Positions 10,000 to 17,202 of a stretch of DNA of 36,468 nucleotides are shown here, one piece after another; within the stretch, counting starts at the first letter, position 1; each line of letters opens with the position of its first letter. The notes beneath the pieces are model-generated. The model was not told the origin of the DNA and did no database searches. It saw only the letters and a program-made list of their open reading frames with translations. The DNA comes from Actinomycetota bacterium (GTDB lineage Bacteria > Actinomycetota > Actinomycetes > S36-B12 > UBA5976): the NCBI GenBank assembly GCA_947373075.1, contig CANBWF010000001.1:1-36468 (forward strand), given 5' to 3'. The position numbers were made by a program, and so were the translations under genes.

Positions 10000-10055
10000 T
10001 GAAACCGCTTACAAGTTTGCGTGAAACCGCTTACACATTTATGAAACCGCTTACA
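10000..10055. promoter_or_regulatory. Three tandem LacI/GalR-type (cre-like) operator candidates, TGAAACCGCTTACA
   Basis: Identical 14-mers at 10000-10013, 10022-10035 and 10042-10055, with start spacing of 22 and 20 bp. Each fits the generic LacI-family/cre pattern TGWAANCGNTNWCA at every constrained position. They lie about 140-195 nt upstream of the 10194 start. Confidence 0.6.
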
Positions 10056-10193
10056 CGGAAATCGTTATAAAAATTCTGGCAATTTCTCAATACTTTCCTA
10101 TCGCTTTCTGCCTATAGTGAGGTTGCGGTTGATGGGTTTGCGAGTTATGCGCAAAATCAATTTGCATCAATTACGAACGGAAGGAAGCACATC

Positions 10194-12641
10194 GTGATTA
10201 CATCTAAGGCAATGGCTCGGAAAATCTTCGCGCCAATCCTTGCAACATTAATGGTTGCTGGTTTGTCAACAGGGCTGGCATCGCCGGCCAAGGCAGACGC
10301 GACAACAAAGCAAGTTGTTTTCCATTATCAATTTGATGGCAAGACAACATTCTCAGACACAAAAGGTCTTGAATTATATTTATGGGCTGGCGCTAACGGC
10401 GACTTCTACCCAAATGGCAATGACGCATACGGCAAGACTTTCACTTTCTCTGTGGATGCTGCTTCGAACTCACTTGGCGGTCTGTTCAAGTTCGGTTCGG
10501 ATTGGGATCACAAAGACAATGGCGGTGCAGCTGATCGCACTATCGCATTGAATGCTTCTGGCTCAACAGAACTATGGTTCCTTGGCAACACAACTGCGTC
10601 CTACTCGTCACTTGCTGATGCAGTAACTGCAGGCGGTGTAGCTGATGCTTACACATCAACTGGTACCGATCCAAACTATGACTGTGATGCAAATAACGTT
10701 TGTACCCCACATTTCGACGTTGTTTACCCAGCAAGCCAGCATGTAGTTATTCACTACCAGGATCCAGCAGCTACTAAGTTCTCTAGCTACAAGAACTGGG
10801 ATGTGTTCGTTTACTCAAACGGAAGCAACCATCCGAATGGTAACTACTTCAACGGATCAGATTCATTCGGTAAAGTTCTAGATTTGACTTTCACCGACAT
10901 GAGCAAAAATGCTTCTATCGGTGTCATCGTTCGTAAAACCAACTGGTCAGATCGTGCTGGTTGTGCAAGTTGTACTGGCGATTCTGGCGCTGATGGCAAG
11001 GGCGGAAACCGCGTGCTTACACTTAGCCTTTCATCAGGTGAAAATGAGTTCTGGATTGTACGCGGTGCTGACAATGAGCCTTACTACACATCACTTGCAG
11101 ATGCTCAGGCAGCTGGCGCAGTATCAGCTCCATGGGCTGAAGGCGCAGTAGACCCAGGCTATGGTTCAGATGGTCTTCCAGTTGCTGGCTACCCAGCAAA
11201 TCAGACCTTCACCATTCACTACAACCGCGCAGATGGCAATTACGGCGACTGGAACATCTGGATGTGGGGAACCGGTACAGCTCTTGACACAGGTCATGAC
11301 TTCACTGGAACAGACGCATACGGTGTTTACACAACACTTGAAGTTCCTGGTGATAATGATTCACTAGTGAGTGGTTTCGGCTACTTGCTTCGCAGCACCC
11401 ATGACTGGTCAAATGCAAGCAAGAACACCAACGACAACTGGGGTAACCAGATTGCTATTGACAACGTCTCAATTCCTGATGGCGGCAAGACCTCTGGTCT
11501 TACTGAAGTTTGGGTAAAGCAGGGCGATGCAACAAGCTACACCTCTAACCCATTCCCAGTTCCACATGTTGGCGCTGTTGCAGCATCTGCAGGCTATGGC
11601 CAGGCAGTGGCAATTGCTGGTACAGGTCTAACCGGCGCTAGCAGCGTGAAACTAGTTCGTGCTGCTGTCCCAGCTGTTACTGCGACCAAGGTTGGAAATG
11701 CTTGGAAGTGTGGATCAACCACACGTTCACAGGGTTACGTATGTACTGCTGCTGTTCCAGCCGCTACTGCAACTGCAGCCGCGAAGGTAGTTTCAGCAAC
11801 CAAGATTGTTGCTGCATTCCCTAACTCAGGTGCAATTACCGGCAAGATTGTGGTTTCAAACCCAGCGGGTACTTCAACATCTGCGGGATCACTAGCACTA
11901 AAAGCAACGAAGTCTGCTCCAAAGATCAGCACTTCCACTGCTAAGGGTGTAATTGGCGACACAGTAACAGTCACTGGTACCAACGTTGGTGCAGCAACTG
12001 GAGTCAAGCTAGGCACTTTGGACATCAGCGACTTCGCTGTGACCGATGTGAACAGCCTCACCTTCGTTGTTCCTGCTGGTGCAACCGATAGCAAGATCTC
12101 GGTTACTACTGCTGCTGGAACTGCAACTGCTGCTAAGGCATTCGCACTTGTACCTTCGATTTCTTCTGTATCTTCATCAGCAGCAATCGGCGGAACAGTA
12201 ACTGTCACAGGCGTTAACTTGGGCGCTGCATCTGCAGTTAAGTTGGGCACAAAGGCAATCACAGGTTTCACCAAGGGTGCAACCTCGATTAGCTTCACCG
12301 TTCCAACTGGCTCAGTAACCGGAACCGTAACCGTAACAACTCCTGGTGGAGTAGTTACCAGCGCGGATTCAGTGACTGTTATCCAGAAGCCAACCGTTAC
12401 ATCTGTAACTGGTGCAAAGACTGGTACTAAGTTCAACAAGGGTGCAACCCTAACGATTACTGGAGCTAACCTCTCAGGCGCAACTAGCGTTTTGATTGGT
12501 GCTTCAGCGGTCACTGGATTCACCGTTGTAGACAGCACACACATCACATTCACTGCGCCTACCAACAAAGTTGGCAAAGTAAGCGTGATCACCCCAGGTG
12601 GAACCGGTACATCTAGTGCGACGATTACGACCACTAGCTAA
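10194..12641 (+). CDS. Secreted 815-aa non-catalytic surface protein with three PUD/CBM41-like modules and four IPT/TIG-like repeats (cassette A)
   Basis: GTG start 6 nt after a GGAAGGAAG RBS. Signal peptide ends in ASPAKA/DA. Module starts VVFHYQFDG, VVIHYQDPAATKFSSYKNWDVFVY and FTIHYNRADGNYGDWNIWMWG, each ending (E/V)(L/F/V)W(F/I/V)..G....Y(S/T)S. The C-terminal half is made of K-rich Ig-like repeats. Colinear paralog at 24058. Confidence 0.85.
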   Translation: MITSKAMARKIFAPILATLMVAGLSTGLASPAKADATTKQVVFHYQFDGKTTFSDTKGLELYLWAGANGDFYPNGNDAYGKTFTFSVDAASNSLGGLFKFGSDWDHKDNGGAADRTIALNASGSTELWFLGNTTASYSSLADAVTAGGVADAYTSTGTDPNYDCDANNVCTPHFDVVYPASQHVVIHYQDPAATKFSSYKNWDVFVYSNGSNHPNGNYFNGSDSFGKVLDLTFTDMSKNASIGVIVRKTNWSDRAGCASCTGDSGADGKGGNRVLTLSLSSGENEFWIVRGADNEPYYTSLADAQAAGAVSAPWAEGAVDPGYGSDGLPVAGYPANQTFTIHYNRADGNYGDWNIWMWGTGTALDTGHDFTGTDAYGVYTTLEVPGDNDSLVSGFGYLLRSTHDWSNASKNTNDNWGNQIAIDNVSIPDGGKTSGLTEVWVKQGDATSYTSNPFPVPHVGAVAASAGYGQAVAIAGTGLTGASSVKLVRAAVPAVTATKVGNAWKCGSTTRSQGYVCTAAVPAATATAAAKVVSATKIVAAFPNSGAITGKIVVSNPAGTSTSAGSLALKATKSAPKISTSTAKGVIGDTVTVTGTNVGAATGVKLGTLDISDFAVTDVNSLTFVVPAGATDSKISVTTAAGTATAAKAFALVPSISSVSSSAAIGGTVTVTGVNLGAASAVKLGTKAITGFTKGATSISFTVPTGSVTGTVTVTTPGGVVTSADSVTVIQKPTVTSVTGAKTGTKFNKGATLTITGANLSGATSVLIGASAVTGFTVVDSTHITFTAPTNKVGKVSVITPGGTGTSSATITTTS

Positions 12642-12673
12642 TAAACCGGCCCACTAGGGCAAACAACTAGAGG

Positions 12674-12705
12674 CTGGGGTCTGTGACATTCGTTGCAGAC
12701 CCCAG
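12674..12705 (+). terminator. 10-bp GC-rich hairpin after the surface-protein gene (attenuator or partial terminator candidate)
   Basis: ctggggtctg (12674-12683) pairs with cagaccccag (12696-12705) around a 12-nt loop. Flanking ctag segments extend the pairing. There is only a weak T-tract downstream. Confidence 0.4.
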
Positions 12706-12875
12706 CACTAGATGTTTAAAGAGCAAGTTGCAATATCACAATGTTTGAAAAATGTAAGGACTGGAAATAATTTTCCATAGCGGCAAATATCTTGATCGGA
12801 TTTTGTTGGAAGCTGTCAGATTCGACAGCGGAGAGTTTTAAATAGGAGCATGACTCCGGAACAGGAAAGTTAATC

Positions 12876-14288
12876 ATGACGGGATACGTAGTTCAGGCTC
12901 GCAAAGCTTTGATCGCTGTTGTATCACTAGGGCTACTCACAGCTGGTGTGATTACAGCTCCAGCTAAGGCTGACACCCCTGCACGTAATCTAACAATCCA
13001 CTACTACCGTTCTTCGGTGGATGCCAATGGCACTGCTGATAACGGCTTCTGCGAAACAGATCCGTGTGGAGTTTATGCCGGTTGGAACATGTGGGTTTGG
13101 AATACTGGCGCAACTCCAGATCCAAACGGCACCGATGGTTTACAGTTTGATTCAACCGATAAGTATGGAGTAAAGGCGACCTTCGCTGTCGGCAATGCCG
13201 CTACAAACGTTGGATTCCTTGTCCGCATCGGAACTAACTGGTCTTGGGCTAAAGCCGATATTCCGGATGATCGTTTCATCGCGCTAAAGGCAACGGGAGA
13301 TACAGAAGTTTGGGTTAAGCAGGGAGATCCAGTCGTTTACACCTCAAACCCAAATGATCGCGTACTTCGTATTCATTACAACCGCGCGGACAACAAGTAC
13401 ACCGGTTGGGACATCAAAACGCAGGAAATCAATGCTGCCGACGATAAGGCCATACCTTTCTCGACCACGAATGATTGCTTCGGTCGTGTAGCGATGATCC
13501 AGGTGCCTGAAATTTCACAGTTAACTCAGGACTACATTTTGCGAAAAGGTGGAAATGCAGCGACCCTTAAGTCACGTAAATTTACCGCAACGCTCAGTGA
13601 TAAGAAATACACGGATGTCTGGTTGAATGCGAGTCTTTTCATGGGTGAAGACATCACCGTCGACGACGGGCCTGACACGTTCCTTGATATGAGTCAACAG
13701 GCGCAGAATCCAAATGGGAATTTGGTTGTAGTTCATTACAGTCGTCCTATTCAAGATTTCAATGGTTGGTCAATGACCACTATTGCTGATGGCATCAAAC
13801 ATCCGTTCACTGCAGTTGATCCAGGATTTGGCCGACTAGGTTGTGCTTATGTAACAGATAGAGCTGCCACATCTTCGATAGTCAAGATTACAAATGGTTC
13901 AAAGGTTGACTTAGGCTTTGGTGAAAATCCAGGCGGACTCGGTGGGCAACGCACAATTGCGATTGCTGGCTCAGTTACTGAAGTTTGGTTAAAGCAGGGT
14001 TACCCGACCGTATGGACAAAGCAGCAAGCACCAGATCCAGCCATTCAAAGCGGGCAAACCGTTAAGGGCGTTGTTAGCAGTCTTAAGCGTGGGAAATCTG
14101 TAGCTTTGCCTGTCAATACAAGTGCAAAGCTGAAAATCTCATGGTTCGTGCTTACCCCATTTAATTGCAAAATTAAATCTGGCAAGTTAATTGCTAAAGA
14201 CCCAGGAACCTGCAAATTAAATGCAACTCAAAAGGGAAATGTCGCCTTTATGGTTTTCACGGCCCAGTACAGAATAACTATCAAATAA
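12876..14288 (+). CDS. Secreted 470-aa multi-PUD/CBM41-like accessory protein with a basic C-terminal Ig-like domain (cassette A)
   Basis: Signal peptide ends in TAPAKA/DT. Module signatures LTIHYYRSS...GWNMWVW...EVWVKQGDPVVYTSNP, LRIHYNRADNKYTGWDI and VVVHYSRPIQDFNGWSM...EVWLKQG. The K-rich tail carries a Cys pair (FNCKIKSGKLIAKDPGTCKL). Paralog at 26727. Confidence 0.8.
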   Translation: MTGYVVQARKALIAVVSLGLLTAGVITAPAKADTPARNLTIHYYRSSVDANGTADNGFCETDPCGVYAGWNMWVWNTGATPDPNGTDGLQFDSTDKYGVKATFAVGNAATNVGFLVRIGTNWSWAKADIPDDRFIALKATGDTEVWVKQGDPVVYTSNPNDRVLRIHYNRADNKYTGWDIKTQEINAADDKAIPFSTTNDCFGRVAMIQVPEISQLTQDYILRKGGNAATLKSRKFTATLSDKKYTDVWLNASLFMGEDITVDDGPDTFLDMSQQAQNPNGNLVVVHYSRPIQDFNGWSMTTIADGIKHPFTAVDPGFGRLGCAYVTDRAATSSIVKITNGSKVDLGFGENPGGLGGQRTIAIAGSVTEVWLKQGYPTVWTKQQAPDPAIQSGQTVKGVVSSLKRGKSVALPVNTSAKLKISWFVLTPFNCKIKSGKLIAKDPGTCKLNATQKGNVAFMVFTAQYRITIK

Positions 14289-14351
14289 CTAAACAAAGAC
14301 AAGAGAGTTTAATTAACTCGCTTATCGAGCTTCAATCCTATGGAGGGAAAT

Positions 14352-15560
14352 ATGAAGAGCAAGAAAAACGGTTTCATCGGAGCCGCTCTGGCAAGCCTTG
14401 TGATTGCCACTATGTTCGGCGCTCCTGCTGCACATGCAACCCCAACGACAATCACAATTTGGACTGACCTTAATCGGGCCAGCGCATTCCAGGCGTGGGC
14501 GCGTACTTACAACCGTAACCATCCGTTGGTTGTAGTTAATGTTGTGGGTAAAGATGGAGCCAAGGACAAACTAGCGACAGTAGCTGATGGTGATGCACCT
14601 GATCTTATTGTTGGCGCGCACGACTGGATCGGTCCGCTAAAAGCACAGGGAATGATCCTGCCAGTAACTCTTGCTAATGCAAGTCAGTTTGCAGAAAGAG
14701 ATAAGGCAGCATTCAATCTAAAAGGCGCAACATATGGCGTGCCAATGACTGTAGAAAATGTTGCTTTGTTCACCAACATGAATTTGGTTCGTAAAGTGCC
14801 AAAAACTTTCGCAGAATTCGAAGCTGATTCAAAGGCTTTCCTAAAGAAGCATACGAAGGCTAAATTTGCTCTCGCTGTAGCTCCTGGCGATGCGTATCAC
14901 ATGTACCCGTTCTTCTCCGGACTAGGTGGCTACATCTTTGGTGGCACTTCAGGTAACTGGAATGTGCATGACTTGGGTATTGCAAACCGGACGTTTCTTA
15001 AGAATGCTCCACTTATCGACAAGTGGTACGCGGAGAAACTGATCAATGCGAATGTCACCGGCGATACAGCTCTGGCAGCATTCACCAGTAACAACGCTCC
15101 ATTTATGATTACCGGACCTTGGAACCTAGACAAGATTCGCTTGAAGAACATCAACTACGAAATTTCAAGTGTTCCGACAATCATCAAGGGCATCAAGCCA
15201 GTTCCGTTCTACGGAGTTCAAGGCGTAATGATGACAAAGTGGGCAGGCCCAGGCAAGCACAACATTAAATTGAAAGTTAATGGAGTTCTTGCGGACTTAA
15301 CAACTAAGCCGACTCAGCTATTGATCGCAAATCAGACCATTCGTACACCGGCTAATCTGCAGGCTCGCGCGAAGTTCAAGGATGTAGATAGTGCTGCGTT
15401 CTTGGCTGCAGGACAAGGTGCGATCACCATGCCACAGATCCTTGAAATGGGCGCAGTTTGGACACCAGTTGCAAATGCCTGGGGTCAAGTAAAAGCTAAA
15501 AAGCATGCTGTAGATCGTTTCAAGGCTGCCAAATCGACTGTGTCGAAGGCAATCAAGTAA
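14352..15560 (+). CDS. malE: MalE-like maltose/maltodextrin-binding protein (CUT1 solute-binding protein), cassette A
   Basis: I prefer the ATG at 14352, because the GGAGGG RBS at 14342-14347 lies inside the tracked 14340 ORF and the paralog at 28212 has the same RBS-to-ATG geometry. Signal peptide ends in APAAHA/TP. MalE-like ITIWTD, DAPDLIVGAHDWIGPLKAQG and ITGPWN. Confidence 0.85.
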   Translation: MKSKKNGFIGAALASLVIATMFGAPAAHATPTTITIWTDLNRASAFQAWARTYNRNHPLVVVNVVGKDGAKDKLATVADGDAPDLIVGAHDWIGPLKAQGMILPVTLANASQFAERDKAAFNLKGATYGVPMTVENVALFTNMNLVRKVPKTFAEFEADSKAFLKKHTKAKFALAVAPGDAYHMYPFFSGLGGYIFGGTSGNWNVHDLGIANRTFLKNAPLIDKWYAEKLINANVTGDTALAAFTSNNAPFMITGPWNLDKIRLKNINYEISSVPTIIKGIKPVPFYGVQGVMMTKWAGPGKHNIKLKVNGVLADLTTKPTQLLIANQTIRTPANLQARAKFKDVDSAAFLAAGQGAITMPQILEMGAVWTPVANAWGQVKAKKHAVDRFKAAKSTVSKAIK

Positions 15561-15590
15561 ATAGCAATAACTGAGACTCTTGGCTCAAAA

Positions 15591-15631
15591 CAGAATGTGT
15601 GGCAACTGAAATTTAGTTGCCACACATTCTG
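15591..15631 (+). promoter_or_regulatory. Perfect 17-bp hairpin in the malE-malF intergenic region
   Basis: cagaatgtgtggcaact (15591-15607) pairs with agttgccacacattctg (15615-15631) around a 7-nt loop. No U-tract follows. A hairpin sits at the same position in cassette B (29452-29497). Confidence 0.6.
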
Positions 15632-15673
15632 TGCAAGACAGGCAACATTCATTTTTGAAATTGGAGTGGTTTA

Positions 15674-17191
15674 GTGGTCGGGATTGTTTTCCGAATCTTA
15701 TTTCTCGGGCTGGTTGATTCCCTAGCCTTCTGGGCGGGTTCGCATCTTTTGGTCTCACGCAATTGGCTTGGCCTGGTCTGGCTATTAGTGGCAACCATCG
15801 CGATTAACTACGTTTACATTTCTAAGCGAGCCAGAGCTTCAAAGTGGTTGTTGCCTGGAACAATTCTGCTTATCGTATTCCAGATTTACCCGATTCTTTT
15901 TACTGCTACTGCAGCTTTCAGTAACTATTCAACAGCGCACTTTGTTTCTCGAAGCGAAGCTATCGATAACTTAGTGCAACAAAATATTCAGCAAGTGCCA
16001 GACAGTCCACAGTATTCAATCGTCCCAATTCACAATGGGGTAACTGTCGCTTTGGTAGTAACCGACCCAACTACAAACAAGGTTTATTTAGGTACCAAAG
16101 AGGCGCTAAAAGAAATTGCAAGTCCCAAGTTTGACGCGAATGGAATTCCGCAAGCTCCGGTGGGGTGGCGAGCATATTCTGAAGCCGAACTTAATACAGA
16201 TACGGTTCTAAACAATCTTTCAACACTCTTAGTACCTATGACTAAGCCAGAGGGCGCCTATCTAATGGTCAGCGACTTCACAACTGCATTCCAATTCGCT
16301 AGTGATGTGATTTATGACGCAAAGAAAGATCAGCTAATCCGACAATCTGATGGCTATGTATTCCCAGAGCGCGAGGGAGCTTTCATCGATTCTGATGGCA
16401 CTTCTCTTGATCCGGGCTGGCGCGTAAATGTTGGCTTTAAGAACTTCAAATCTGTACTAACCGATCCGGTAGTTCGGGGCCCATTCGTTCGCGTTCTAAT
16501 TTGGACTTTCGTTTACGCCGGTTTAACTGTATTAACCACATTTGTATTTGGCTTAACTCTGGCGTTGCTGCTGAACCACCCTGGGGTTAAGGGTCGCAAA
16601 CTATTGCGTTCCACGTTGATCATCCCTTATGCAATGCCTGGCTTCTTGTCTTTACTTATCTGGGCGGGTTTCCTCAATGATGACTTCGGTGTGATCAATA
16701 ATTTATTTAACTCGCACATCCCATGGTTGACTGATCCATTTTGGGCGAAGGTGTCAACAGTTTTGGTCAACCTTTGGCTTGGCTTCCCATACATGTTCTT
16801 GATCTGCACTGGTGCAATCCAGTCGATTCCGGCTGAATTAGCTGAAGCGGCCGAAGTTGATGGAGCTAAGCCACGGCAAATTTTGACGAAAATCAAAATG
16901 CCATTACTTCTTGTCACAGTTTCTCCATTGCTGATTGGATCTTTCGCCTATAACTTCAATAACTTCGGTGGTATTTATTTGTTGACTGGTGGTGGCCCGC
17001 CAGTAGCTGATTCTCAAATCGCTGGTGCGACCGACATTTTGATTTCTTACACATACAAATTGGCGATCGAAGCTGGACATGGAAATGACTATGGATTGGC
17101 TTGCGCCATTTCTATCTTGATCTTCTTCATCGTCGCGGGTGTTTCAACATTGTCGTTCACACGCACTCGCGCACTTGAGAACTTGAGCTAA
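15674..17191 (+). CDS. malF: MalF-type permease with a long extracytoplasmic (P2-like) loop, cassette A
   Basis: GTG start after a GGAG RBS. 505 aa. N-terminal TM helices are followed by a hydrophilic insert of about 180 aa. EAA motif ELAEAAEVDGAKPRQILTKIKMPLL. Confidence 0.9.
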   Translation: MVGIVFRILFLGLVDSLAFWAGSHLLVSRNWLGLVWLLVATIAINYVYISKRARASKWLLPGTILLIVFQIYPILFTATAAFSNYSTAHFVSRSEAIDNLVQQNIQQVPDSPQYSIVPIHNGVTVALVVTDPTTNKVYLGTKEALKEIASPKFDANGIPQAPVGWRAYSEAELNTDTVLNNLSTLLVPMTKPEGAYLMVSDFTTAFQFASDVIYDAKKDQLIRQSDGYVFPEREGAFIDSDGTSLDPGWRVNVGFKNFKSVLTDPVVRGPFVRVLIWTFVYAGLTVLTTFVFGLTLALLLNHPGVKGRKLLRSTLIIPYAMPGFLSLLIWAGFLNDDFGVINNLFNSHIPWLTDPFWAKVSTVLVNLWLGFPYMFLICTGAIQSIPAELAEAAEVDGAKPRQILTKIKMPLLLVTVSPLLIGSFAYNFNNFGGIYLLTGGGPPVADSQIAGATDILISYTYKLAIEAGHGNDYGLACAISILIFFIVAGVSTLSFTRTRALENLS

Positions 17192-17202
17192 GGGGACCAC
17201 TG

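Noticed and set aside
9998-10060. The triple direct repeats here and at 23863-23938 as a mini CRISPR array or mobile-element ends
   Set aside because: There are only three short (14-bp) palindromic units with 6-15 bp spacers, no cas genes and no terminal inverted repeat partner. Their position in promoter regions fits operators much better.
11735-12634. Long antisense ORFs inside the IPT-repeat regions (11735-12634, 25584-26378, 2887-3465, 3652-4077, 4999-5439, 18682-19149)
   Set aside because: They lie exactly opposite Thr/Val/Ala/Gly-rich repeat coding sequence, whose codons rarely produce stops on the reverse strand. Their products are low-complexity (VTV, PVT). They have no RBS and no independent motifs. 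The + strand proteins carry signal peptides and recognisable domains.
14340-14351. Tracked start of malE (cassette A) at 14340
   Set aside because: The GGAGGG Shine-Dalgarno sequence lies inside these codons. The ATG at 14352 reproduces the RBS spacing and the MK..K N-terminus of the paralog at 28212.
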